Assembly (NCBI GenBank): GCA_965224705.1
Contig: OZ245056.1
Location: forward strand, 1,184,001 to 1,248,000
DNA: 64,000 bases
Direction: 5' to 3'
From: Spirochaetaceae bacterium
Lineage (GTDB): Bacteria > Spirochaetota > Spirochaetia > DSM-2461
A program made the translations under genes and the position numbers. The notes below the pieces were generated by a model. The model was not told the DNA's origin and did not search any database. It saw nothing but the letters and a program-made list of their open reading frames with translations. Below, in pieces: positions 18,913 to 29,105 of the stretch. Position 1 is the first letter of the stretch; the number at the start of each line of letters is the position of its first letter.

Positions 18913-20274
18913 TTAACGCATGATTTTTCTAACAATGCTGACAGTTAGATAGCTCATCATAGTAAAACCTGTCAATCCTTCTAAACCAGCAAAAAAAGCC
19001 ATCCAACCATTTGTCGGAGATATATCACCGTATCCAATAGTTAAAAATGTTATAGCACTAAAATACAAAGCCTGAAAAAATTTAGGCCAACATTTTGACG
19101 GCAAGGTAAGTGTTAGAGTATCCGATACGAAAAAAAATATTATCGCAAAAATAAAAATAAATCCAAATAGAGCAATAATAATTCGACCGGGTTTTGTTCC
19201 ATATTTTCCAGCTAAATTAAAAACCATATTCCAAATAAAAGTTAAATATTTCTTCTTGTGTTTTCCTTCCAAAGCCTTTTGCCATTTATACTCTGCAAAG
19301 CAATCATCCTCTTCGGCGTATAGTCCTTGATTATGGAAATTTAGTCTAAGCATTGCCAGTTGTCTTGAAAGTGAATCAGTGGCATCCCCCTTGCCTTGGT
19401 TCAAGACATTATTTTTGCACTTGTTCCAATCTAAAATAATATACCCTTTGTTTATTGTTTCACTAAAAGATAAAATGCCTTCATCAGATATAGCTGCTTC
19501 TCTTATATCCAATGAACTGTCTATTGTACAGATGTCAAAACGAAGTTTTTTAAAACAAGAACCATTAGTATTGATGGCTGTATTTTTGAAAAAAACACAT
19601 CCAATAAAAACAAGTATATTCTCACCACATATTTCCTTAATACTTAGGTCTATTTTTTCAAAAGACATCTCCTTAAAATAAAACGAAGTATTTTTTACTT
19701 TTCTAAAGAGGAATTTTTCAAATCCAAAGTTCATAAACTCAAAACGAACCTCTTTATTTATCCAATTTGTATCAAAAAAACTAACAATTGAAACATTTAA
19801 TTTATTTTTTGAAAAAAGAAATCCAGATATTTTACTAATTTCTTTTTCTTGTGCAGAATTATTATCAGTAGAGAAAATAGATTTGTTAAATAATATTTTT
19901 TTACAACTAAATTTATTATTAGAAATAACAATATTCCTATGAAAAGTACAATCCATCAACTTAAATTCTGATACCATAATATTGCAATTACTTAAACTAA
20001 AATCATGGTTGATATCTGTCTCTGAAATAGCAAATATTGCTTCTTTATCTCCATCTGGATGAAAATTACATTGCTCTATGAAGATTGACTCAAAGATAAT
20101 ATTTTTAAATACTATTTTACCAAGAAAATCAACATACCGAAAAGAAAAAAATACACTAAAATTTTCTGGTTTATCCTTAAGCATCTTCATTATACCATCT
20201 TGAGATATTTTCCGATGTTTATTAGAAGACCCCTCGAGCTTTAACTTCCACACATTGCTAACCATTGTATACAT
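18913..20274 (-). CDS. Beta-helix/pentapeptide-like repeat protein with C-terminal 2-TM K+-channel pore (Ion_trans_2-like)
   Basis: ALYFSAITFLTIGYGDISP selectivity filter between two TM helices; repetitive F/N/C/S-rich N-terminus. Confidence 0.85.
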   Translation of the reverse strand: MYTMVSNVWKLKLEGSSNKHRKISQDGIMKMLKDKPENFSVFFSFRYVDFLGKIVFKNIIFESIFIEQCNFHPDGDKEAIFAISETDINHDFSLSNCNIMVSEFKLMDCTFHRNIVISNNKFSCKKILFNKSIFSTDNNSAQEKEISKISGFLFSKNKLNVSIVSFFDTNWINKEVRFEFMNFGFEKFLFRKVKNTSFYFKEMSFEKIDLSIKEICGENILVFIGCVFFKNTAINTNGSCFKKLRFDICTIDSSLDIREAAISDEGILSFSETINKGYIILDWNKCKNNVLNQGKGDATDSLSRQLAMLRLNFHNQGLYAEEDDCFAEYKWQKALEGKHKKKYLTFIWNMVFNLAGKYGTKPGRIIIALFGFIFIFAIIFFFVSDTLTLTLPSKCWPKFFQALYFSAITFLTIGYGDISPTNGWMAFFAGLEGLTGFTMMSYLTVSIVRKIMR

Positions 20275-20731
20275 TTTTTATCTCTTCAAATTTATTTTTA
20301 TAGTATTCAAAAACACTGTCATTTAATAAAAAATCTGACATATATATCAAATCCTTGCCTCCATTATTTTTAACTTTGTCTTTTGCTTTTTTTGACGGAA
20401 AGTAGCGAGTTATACCATATATAGGAATACTTATCTTTTTATTTTTAAGTAATTCAATAATTTCAAGTCCCAGCTCATCTTCACGCTGATCCCCAAGTGA
20501 TATATCAATTATGATTATACTGATGCTATTTCCAACAAAATCCTCGTTCATCATAAATTCTTTTATCGCCTCAAGCCCATATTTAAAAATATTTCCATAT
20601 CTAGAATTATCGTCAAAATGAGTAAAAGAGTCAGGGAATAATTTAAAAGGCCCAACATAATTGGAAAATCTTTCTCTTAAATACTCATAATCACATGGAT
20701 CATCATCGAGCAAATATATATTCATTTGCAC
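20258..20731 (-). CDS. Stand-alone receiver (REC) domain protein
   Basis: IYLLDDD, IIIIDISL, GLEIIELL and IPIYGITR motifs. The conserved Lys is not obvious. Confidence 0.75.
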   Translation of the reverse strand: MQMNIYLLDDDPCDYEYLRERFSNYVGPFKLFPDSFTHFDDNSRYGNIFKYGLEAIKEFMMNEDFVGNSISIIIIDISLGDQREDELGLEIIELLKNKKISIPIYGITRYFPSKKAKDKVKNNGGKDLIYMSDFLLNDSVFEYYKNKFEEIKNVYNG

Positions 20732-23700
20732 TCCTCCTCAACGATAGGTATACCTATCTCAAAATAATTTCTAGAAATATTCATTCTTATCTCCTTTTTA
20801 TATAGCTGCCAAAACAAATGTCTAATCGTAAATAAAGATATACTTGCAAATGGAATTATATTCGATTCAACAATATTCTCTATTCGTGCCTTATCCTCAT
20901 TTGTAATCTCTGGGGTACTATTTCCAATATAAAGATAATTTTCTTCAAATCTGACTCTAGAAACAAGTTTCTCTCTATCAAAATATTTTGCCATATTTAG
21001 CATCAGTTGAGTAATAACCAATTTAATATTAATTAGATTCAAATAGTGTACATCTTTATCCTTATCATCATATTCGATTTCTAGATTGTCTATGCATATA
21101 TTCTTATAATATCGAAATATGTAAACAAAAATTTTTGGTATCAAATCATCAATTACAGGGGCAAGTAAAGTTTTCCCTGGTGAACCATCAAAATCATCTT
21201 TATTTTTTAACAAAGAATAATAAACTTGACCAATATAAAAATCAGATTCAACCAACAATGTTGGTATATAAATATCAGGGTTTTCACTATATAGTCGGAT
21301 AATACTATTTTTTAAATTATCAAAATTATATTTTGCACCGTGAGCCGTTTTATAGTAACCCTTTGAGAATTCTTCAATCCTTTTCTTTTTATCTAACCAA
21401 TCCCTTAGTAAGTCACCTGAAAAGTATTTATTTATGTATTCAATAATTTTGTTGCGAAAAACATTGATGAACCGAATTCGGTTTAAAATATCAAGGATAT
21501 TTAACTCATTGTTATCATAAAAGCAAAATACAGCTTTTCCTTTCAGCCTCATACAATTACTATCACCATCTTTTTCCCTCTTAACTTCCTCCGCCAGCCG
21601 ATAAAATATCATGCGATTAAATCCCATATCTTCAGCATTTTTTATATCACTATTAGTATTAGTTAGTGGGATTTCAATGCCATCTTGACCAACCCAATTG
21701 TTTTCTTTTTTATGAATAATAAAACTAGTCCAGTGGTATATATTCTCTTTTATTCCATTTTTTTCTGTTAAAAGTATTTTTCCGTTCAATAATTTATATC
21801 CAAACAATTTCGTCAAATCCCAACCTTTCTCAGTATCCATGTCTTTTCCAAAGTTACCAAATAGTTGAAATTTATTTTCTTCAACTTTCGTATCAAGCAG
21901 GAAAAAACCACCACCCTTTTTAGTACTAATCCCAAGAACATTTGCAATTTCTTCTGTTAAATCCCTAGCAATAGAATCTATAGGATCAGTCCTTCTATCC
22001 TGCATTACACCCGTTGAAGCTTTTTGAAGCCACTTAGAAAACCAATTTGAATGAGATTTGTTTGAAGCAAAGTATTCTTCTAATTTTTTTTTATTTGGGA
22101 AATTGTTCTCCCAACAGGAGAAATCAGAATTAATCACTTTTGTCCCTACTGTCAAGTGATTGAATAATTCTTCAACTTTGCCCATTAATTCTCTATTTTC
22201 TCCACTTAACTTCATAAAATCATCATAATAACTAACTGCCTTATTTTTACTCTCTTGCTCAAGACTAAATTTATCCCTAATTATTGATGTATTCTCAAGA
22301 TAAAGGGCTTCCAGGAAGACTTTTCTTGTCATATTTTGCACATCTTTCTTCTTAAAAATTCCGAGTATATTCTCTTCAAGTTTACAGACACGGCCTTCAT
22401 TGTTTCGAACTGAACGACTAATATGAGCGGCAGAAAAGATCCCAAAATTACTCAATGCGAATTGAAATTTCCCTATCTTTACCCTTACTTCTTCATTTTC
22501 ATATTCTTTTTCATGTTTCAGATCCCCACGGTTCTTTTGTTCCCTTAGTTTACTTAGTTCCTCTTGTTCCTCCAGTTTCTCCAGTTTCTCCAGTTTCTCC
22601 AGTTTCTCCAGTTTCTCCAGTTTCTCCAGTTTCTCCAGTTCCTTCAGTACCTCATAGATAATATTCTCCATTTTACATATAACAGTTAAAGTCTCAATTG
22701 AGATTAAATATGTTGTTTGAACTAAGGAGCCATATTTAATTAGATACCTCAAGTAATTTACTTCATCTACTATGGTGTTTATAGTTTTTTCAGAATTGAC
22801 TGCATTGTCAAATCTCTGATTAAATTTAATTAATTCATCCAACACCCAGTAAAATACGGCAATTTGTATTCCTCTATGTCTTATCAATGAATGGTGGTTA
22901 AAAGCCTTGATTGTATTAAACTTTAGATTATGTACAGTTGTATTTCCTAACTTTAGACAATTCGTTATATAGTTGTAAAGTAAATCAATAAATTCTTCAT
23001 ATGTTATCTTCAAACTATAAGTTGAGGGGGGATTAAACAGCTCCTCTGTACCTACAGAAAGACAAAATTCATTACTATTTCTAGAATTTAGTTTTTTAAG
23101 AATTTCCTCTTCCTCAGTAGTTAGCTTTTCCGTGGATCTTTGCTTTGAAAAGATTTTGTATATGCTGTGTATTATCATCACTTGTGATAATTGACTGCTA
23201 TACGATTTATCACCCATTTCTGAGTGATTAACCATAAGATCATCTTTATTTATTTTTCTTAAATTGATATATTCATGATCAAAAAAATATTTTCTAATAG
23301 CATCTAAAGATGCCATAGAGGTCAACCTCTGAGTATCATCCTCCTCAAAACATATAGGACAATATTCTTCGGGATGCTGTATAACCGGGGCATAAATAGA
23401 AGTAAAAAAATATATATTTTCTTCTCTGATTCTATTGCTTATCGTATAATAGTCTTCTGGGCTCATTCTATTTAATAAAGTAAAACATCCCTTAAAAACA
23501 ATTTTTTCGTCTATTTGAAGAATTGCGCTAAACAGATTGTTGAATGTCTTCCCGGTTGCAAGTAAAACATCTATGTAGTATACATCTGCATCTTCAATAA
23601 CTTCTTGGTTAATTTTTCTTAGATCTGAATAATGATCACCAATCGGATCGAACTTGACAACATCGGCTTTGTCATCAAAGACTAACCGATTAATTAAATG

Positions 23701-26700
23701 GATAAATACCCCATTTTCATCTTTGTCAGGAGCTATTAGTAACTTTCTTTTATCATCATCACTACCAGAGTCATTTATTTTATTGGAAATATTCTCACAC
23801 CAAGTCTCTAGCGAATCCTTATTGTCTTTTATAATATCAGAGTAATAAAAGTAGTAAAGAAAATGCTTGTATTGTCCGCTATAGTGTTTTATTCGAAGCA
23901 TTGATTTATTTATTACTGCCCGGTTATTTAATGGGTTACCTTCTTCAACGTCTCCAAAATAGACCTTAAAACTACAATCATTACTTTCGTAAGGTAACCA
24001 TTCCGGTGTTCCAAAAATAATTTCTGGAATTACGGAAGCTCTATTTGTAGAAAAGAGTGGCACTTCTAAAAGAGGATCATTTTTGGGGAAACATCTCTCA
24101 CAGCCAAGTAAATCATGCCATGTTGACTTCAAATATATTAAATACTTATTATTTCTATCGATGGAGAATTTCGAGTCATTCACTAATAAATTATTTTGCA
24201 TTTTATTCTGTAGGACAGTAATCTTCTTTTGGGTATCAATACTCCAATATTTATTTTTCCATTCTAACGTGTTTTGTTTCTTGTCTCCAATAACAACCAA
24301 CGAGTAATAGGGAGAAATTACTTTCACTTTATCCCAGATTTGTTCAAAGTCATCCTCTGAGTACAATTTTTGATAGAATTGATTTTCTATTTCAAGACAG
24401 GTTGTAAGTGTTGAAGAAATCGGGACAATTATGATTATGCATTCCTCTCTTAACGGATTTTCTTTTGATTTTTGTATTCGCTCTCTCAAGGCATTAAAAT
24501 AATTAGAAAAATGCATCTTGGTATTATTCTTGATAATCGCATAATCTAAATCAATTAGTGGTACTTGTTCTTCTTTATTTGATAAGTATTCAAGAAAACA
24601 CTTTACACGGGTAACAAGAAGTTCGGAATAATTACCATAGCCAATTAATGTGTAATTTTTGCATTGAGGCTTATATTCAGAATTACAAAATATTTCCCTA
24701 GCCAGCCAATAAGAAAACAAGGTAGCATATTTATTCTGCTGAAACATTTTCAGTGCTACTACAAAATCAGTTATATGAATTTTTGCCCCTAACTTTACAT
24801 GTGTGTTAGTCCATTTACACCCATTCTCTTCTATATTTTTAGCTAGTTTCTCACCTAAAAACTTAGATATGTAGGATTCATAAAGCAAATAGTTATGCAT
24901 AAAAGTATAGCTTCTATTTTCTTTTGCAATGAAATTTTCTGCAATAAAAATAGAATTACTGATATATTTTTTTCCCTCTTCTGTTAGGTCTGTCATATCT
25001 TTTATTGATTGATCCTGTTCAAAAGAGATCAAACATTCTGAAGAGAAAGAGATTATTGTTGATTCAAATCTGTCTCTCGTCGAGATTAGCAAGTTCAAGT
25101 TATCTAATATCTTTTCACTCTTTTTATTTAAGATAATTGACTTTAATTCATCAATACATGTGTGATACTCCACATTTGATAAGTTGTAAAAAACTAGATT
25201 TCCACTGGCATTTTCCATACTCACATACCTGAGCATCAAGACATAAAGATAACGAAATGTATTATGTGGATTCTTTGTGTTTTTATCATCTACGATTTTT
25301 ATACAATCAATGATTGCTTTATGGTCATGGTAAATGGCTCCTTGTTCCCAATTCCTCTCTTTTAATAGATCACTTTCTTTTGATCGTTTATACTCATGTT
25401 TTAATAGTTTGTAATAATAGTCCTTATCTGCATATTTATGACTCATCATTTTTTGAGGGAAGTATTTTTTTCTTTCCTTTATATTTTTCAGTATTTTTCT
25501 ATTAAATGGAAAAACCACTTCATAAAGGGTACCGAATGGAGGATGTAAATTATCTTCTAATGTATTAGTATACAGTGAATCTTTTTGGGGTATAGTTAAT
25601 CTCACTGTCTTAGTCGGATTGTTATATCTGTTTGTATAAATATCAAGAATTCCATTGATTTTATTCAACGTAGAGGTGCACTCAGGAATACCATAACTTG
25701 CTGTTTCCGAATGTCGTTGCCTCGGCAAAAAAGCTTCATCGGGGGGGACAAAAAAAAGATCATATAAAAGTTTTTCCTCCTGAGACAAGTCATCTTCAAT
25801 CTCATTTTCTATAATCTTATCTCTTAATATCTTGGCATTTTTCTTTTTTACGTCAGGTGACAAAAAATGAAAACTTTCTTTATTGTCAAGATATTGCAAT
25901 GTTTTTTCAATGAGACCAATTTTCCCGGCATCAACCAGTGAAATATCCAAAAAACGAACATCTTCTTCTAAAACAGTATCTTCGTTAAGAAGGAAAGGCC
26001 ATCTATCGTGAACATCATTAAATTTATCGACAGAGTCTAACTTGTAGATATTAGTTATCAAAATACCAGTCTTTTCAGTGGAGTGTTCTATGCAGTTTAA
26101 AGCTAGCTCCTCAATACCTAATGATATTTTCTGTGTATAATCGTGTAGGCGAAAAAAATAATCGGTATAGTCTGTCAGTAAAGACGGATTTTTTTCTAAA
26201 TATTTATTGGCTATTACCGCTGGCCATGAAACATGTCCAGTAGTTTTTTTATTCCCCATAAAAATAGAAGTGAATGCATGATGAAGAACTCTGCCCGCCG
26301 AAATGGCATAAAAGATAAAAATCTGGTATAATTTACAATCTAATAACTCGTTAACAGCATATTGCCCAAATTCTTCATAGTAACATTTCTCATTGCCTTT
26401 TCCAGGATATATATAGGGGACTAAAAGATGAAGCTCTTTCAACAATTTAAAAAAGAACTCTAAATAATATAGCTCCATGAAAATATTTTTTTCCTCGGGG
26501 TTATATTTGGAGATTGAGTAAGTCCTGATTTCTTTTAGTATCTCATCAGCATTAAGTATGGACCTATTTTTGAATCGTCCAACCAAATCGTGATTTTCAA
26601 TAAAATCCTTTATAGCAGTGTCAAATAAGAGTTTTTTGCTTTCCTTATTTAGTTGTATAAATGGAATACTATGATGACTTACTGCATACTTGTTATAATT

Positions 26701-27204
26701 TCGAGCCTGTTCGCCATCCCTTGGATCTGAACTCCAACTATAATCTACCTGTATTTCATTCTTGCTTTTTTCAGTGTAATGGTATTGCTTAATGGCAAAA
26801 GGTGATGTACTGTACAATGAAGCTGAATCAACCAACTGCCTCAATTTGTGAGAAGCTACGCCAGTCTTCCCACAATAAATAGTTAATGGTTTTTTAATAC
26901 TGTTACAAAATAAAAACAAAATAGAGGGAAGTGAAGCTGGGTAGCTTTCAAAGTTCTCATCGATAAAAATCTGTAATTTGCTCACACGTATTGCTTTCTG
27001 TATAAAAATGTTTAATATCTTAAATAGTAAATAGCATTCACTTTTTTTTATATTTTTTGAAGTAATTTTAATTAGAAAATCAGTTGAATCCAAAAGAGAA
27101 GCCTGACTATCAGTGTAAAGGGAAATAGTAGATGAGTCATTATCGTATTTAATCTTGTGACAATATCTTGATAGAAGTGTTTTATCATATTGGCTATTGT
27201 GCAT
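20722..27204 (-). CDS. 2160-aa multidomain protein: GHKL ATPase + two PRTase-like domains + CxxC motifs + GAF-like region + His-kinase-like C-terminus
   Basis: Single 6.5-kb ORF with AGGAG RBS. Motifs EELALNCIEHS, DAGKIG, GTLYEVVFP, IIVPISSTLTT, YYIDVLLATGKT, CERC, CPIC, KTAHG, QLMLNMAKY. Confidence 0.7.
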   Translation of the reverse strand: MHNSQYDKTLLSRYCHKIKYDNDSSTISLYTDSQASLLDSTDFLIKITSKNIKKSECYLLFKILNIFIQKAIRVSKLQIFIDENFESYPASLPSILFLFCNSIKKPLTIYCGKTGVASHKLRQLVDSASLYSTSPFAIKQYHYTEKSKNEIQVDYSWSSDPRDGEQARNYNKYAVSHHSIPFIQLNKESKKLLFDTAIKDFIENHDLVGRFKNRSILNADEILKEIRTYSISKYNPEEKNIFMELYYLEFFFKLLKELHLLVPYIYPGKGNEKCYYEEFGQYAVNELLDCKLYQIFIFYAISAGRVLHHAFTSIFMGNKKTTGHVSWPAVIANKYLEKNPSLLTDYTDYFFRLHDYTQKISLGIEELALNCIEHSTEKTGILITNIYKLDSVDKFNDVHDRWPFLLNEDTVLEEDVRFLDISLVDAGKIGLIEKTLQYLDNKESFHFLSPDVKKKNAKILRDKIIENEIEDDLSQEEKLLYDLFFVPPDEAFLPRQRHSETASYGIPECTSTLNKINGILDIYTNRYNNPTKTVRLTIPQKDSLYTNTLEDNLHPPFGTLYEVVFPFNRKILKNIKERKKYFPQKMMSHKYADKDYYYKLLKHEYKRSKESDLLKERNWEQGAIYHDHKAIIDCIKIVDDKNTKNPHNTFRYLYVLMLRYVSMENASGNLVFYNLSNVEYHTCIDELKSIILNKKSEKILDNLNLLISTRDRFESTIISFSSECLISFEQDQSIKDMTDLTEEGKKYISNSIFIAENFIAKENRSYTFMHNYLLYESYISKFLGEKLAKNIEENGCKWTNTHVKLGAKIHITDFVVALKMFQQNKYATLFSYWLAREIFCNSEYKPQCKNYTLIGYGNYSELLVTRVKCFLEYLSNKEEQVPLIDLDYAIIKNNTKMHFSNYFNALRERIQKSKENPLREECIIIIVPISSTLTTCLEIENQFYQKLYSEDDFEQIWDKVKVISPYYSLVVIGDKKQNTLEWKNKYWSIDTQKKITVLQNKMQNNLLVNDSKFSIDRNNKYLIYLKSTWHDLLGCERCFPKNDPLLEVPLFSTNRASVIPEIIFGTPEWLPYESNDCSFKVYFGDVEEGNPLNNRAVINKSMLRIKHYSGQYKHFLYYFYYSDIIKDNKDSLETWCENISNKINDSGSDDDKRKLLIAPDKDENGVFIHLINRLVFDDKADVVKFDPIGDHYSDLRKINQEVIEDADVYYIDVLLATGKTFNNLFSAILQIDEKIVFKGCFTLLNRMSPEDYYTISNRIREENIYFFTSIYAPVIQHPEEYCPICFEEDDTQRLTSMASLDAIRKYFFDHEYINLRKINKDDLMVNHSEMGDKSYSSQLSQVMIIHSIYKIFSKQRSTEKLTTEEEEILKKLNSRNSNEFCLSVGTEELFNPPSTYSLKITYEEFIDLLYNYITNCLKLGNTTVHNLKFNTIKAFNHHSLIRHRGIQIAVFYWVLDELIKFNQRFDNAVNSEKTINTIVDEVNYLRYLIKYGSLVQTTYLISIETLTVICKMENIIYEVLKELEKLEKLEKLEKLEKLEKLEKLEEQEELSKLREQKNRGDLKHEKEYENEEVRVKIGKFQFALSNFGIFSAAHISRSVRNNEGRVCKLEENILGIFKKKDVQNMTRKVFLEALYLENTSIIRDKFSLEQESKNKAVSYYDDFMKLSGENRELMGKVEELFNHLTVGTKVINSDFSCWENNFPNKKKLEEYFASNKSHSNWFSKWLQKASTGVMQDRRTDPIDSIARDLTEEIANVLGISTKKGGGFFLLDTKVEENKFQLFGNFGKDMDTEKGWDLTKLFGYKLLNGKILLTEKNGIKENIYHWTSFIIHKKENNWVGQDGIEIPLTNTNSDIKNAEDMGFNRMIFYRLAEEVKREKDGDSNCMRLKGKAVFCFYDNNELNILDILNRIRFINVFRNKIIEYINKYFSGDLLRDWLDKKKRIEEFSKGYYKTAHGAKYNFDNLKNSIIRLYSENPDIYIPTLLVESDFYIGQVYYSLLKNKDDFDGSPGKTLLAPVIDDLIPKIFVYIFRYYKNICIDNLEIEYDDKDKDVHYLNLINIKLVITQLMLNMAKYFDREKLVSRVRFEENYLYIGNSTPEITNEDKARIENIVESNIIPFASISLFTIRHLFWQLYKKEIRMNISRNYFEIGIPIVEEECK
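22570..22638. repeat. In-frame 9-bp tandem repeat, (TTTCTCCAG)7 plus partial, encoding (LEK)7
   Basis: Directly visible in the sequence. Confidence 0.97.
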
Positions 27205-27262
27205 ATAAACTCCTTCTAAGTATTAATTGGAGATGGATGATTATTTCTTGTATCATACCAAG

Positions 27263-27630
27263 CGCTTAGTGTCAAGTAGCCGAATTGCCTCATAATTAAT
27301 CTACTCGAACGACCTTTGAAAGTAAGAGGTCGAGTTATGAGGTTGACAATGAAAACCAGACGGGAATTAGCAAGAGATGAGGCTGTACAGTATAGAAAAG
27401 CCTCAAGGAGGGAGAAGAGTGTGGTTCTGACTCATTTTGTACGGATAACCAGCTATAATCGCTCTTATACCGCGACTCTTCTTCGCTGGTATGGCAAGAG
27501 AGTAAGGGATGACAATCCTAACCAGCCGAAACAGTACATAACAACCAAAAAGAGGCGTAAAGGCGGCGAACGCCCTCCAAAGTACCCTCTGGTTATTAAA
27601 GAAACTGTCGAGTGGCTATGCGGGATGATA
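27263..27630 (+). mobile_element. Truncated IS (integrase-type/ISNCY-like transposase N-terminus from 27337)
   Basis: MRLTMKTRRELAR...QYRKASRREKSVVLTHFVRITSYNRSY. Its left end shares 16 bp with the IS3 right end. Confidence 0.7.
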
Positions 27631-27632
27631 TA

Positions 27633-29045
27633 ATGGAATACATACCTTGCAAAAAACTAGCAGAAGAGTTCGAGGAGCATCTGAGTAAAGAGGACAACCA
27701 CAATATTTTATTCTCTGGTAAATTCGGTTCCGGTAAAACAACTTTTTTAAAAAGATACTTTGATGACCACAATGATAAATATGAAACCATCCATCTCTAT
27801 CCTGTAAACTATAGCATTTCATCCAGTGAAGATATTTTCAAATTGCTTACAGCAGATATTGCCGGAGAACTGCTCTCCAGGGAGCTTATTAGTATCAATA
27901 AAGAATTTCAAGAATCTTTAAAGAGTGTAATTAAATCAAAAAAAATCTGGGATTTACTTGAAGCCCTGCCCAAAGTGGGCAAAGTTATAGCGATCGGAAA
28001 TACAGTCAAAGATATACTGGCAGATATTAAGAAGCCGGAAAGTGACGTTGACAAAGTCAAAACCTATCTGGATACTATTTCCAGTAATGAAAATAGTAAA
28101 GGAAATAATTGCTCAAGCCCTTAGTAATATTTGTAACAAAAAAAGATTTTAGTTATTGACGATCTGGACAGAATCGATCCAGAGCATTTTTTCAGAATTC
28201 TCAATGTTTTAACCGCATACTGCGATAATAATATCGGACTAGGCTTTGACAAAATAATCCTTGTTTGTGATATTGAGAATGTCAGAACGATTTTTCATCA
28301 TCGTTATGGTCCGGAAGCTGATTTCTATGGGTACATATCCAAGTTTTACAGCAAGGGATTTTTCAGATTTTCTCTTGTTGATCGTATTGAAGAACGTATT
28401 AGAAAGGTCATTTTTACAAGTCTCTCCAACGTGTTAAATGACGACTACATTAATTTCCTTTTAGACTTCTCTGACTTTATATTCCAGCCGGGGATTGTAT
28501 CCATGCTTGACATACATTTATTCACCCAAAATGACTTATCATATGTCATGCATACAAGGCTTAAACCATTTCATAACAATGATGCAACAGTTGACAAATC
28601 CATTGTCATAATTGCGGCTTATATCTATGCGTGGTTTCAATACGACAAAGATAAGGCATTCTTAGCTATCAAGAAATACGGTCAGTCCTCAAAAACAAGA
28701 ATATCAAACCAGTCATCAAGAATCTTCGACCGGTTACTGATTGGCCATGCTCTTGACCGCCTGGTACAGTATCGAGATAGTAACCATATATATGAAAGTA
28801 AATATGAAGAAGATACCAAATATACATGTCAATATAAAGTTCAAATGGCAAATTCTTCTGGTGATTTCTACCTACAGTCAAAGATAACTGAATGGACAAA
28901 ACCCTTCAATACAAATCAGGATCAGGTAAATTGGGATCGTCTTAATGCGGAAGAAATTGAAGACGCTAAAAAGTCAATGATTGCAAAGTTGTTTACAATT
29001 TCAATGCAGAACATAATAAAGCACCTCCCGGAGCATAACCCATGA
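27633..29045 (+). pseudogene. KAP-family P-loop NTPase copy 2, full length but with +1/-1 frameshifts and a stop at 28122
   Basis: Colinear with 16009-17154; continues in the same frame to 29045. Confidence 0.8.
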
Positions 29046-29105
29046 TAAGATGATTCATACCGGAGGAATGTTCGACAAAAACACTCTGAATTTCAATCAA
29101 TATCA

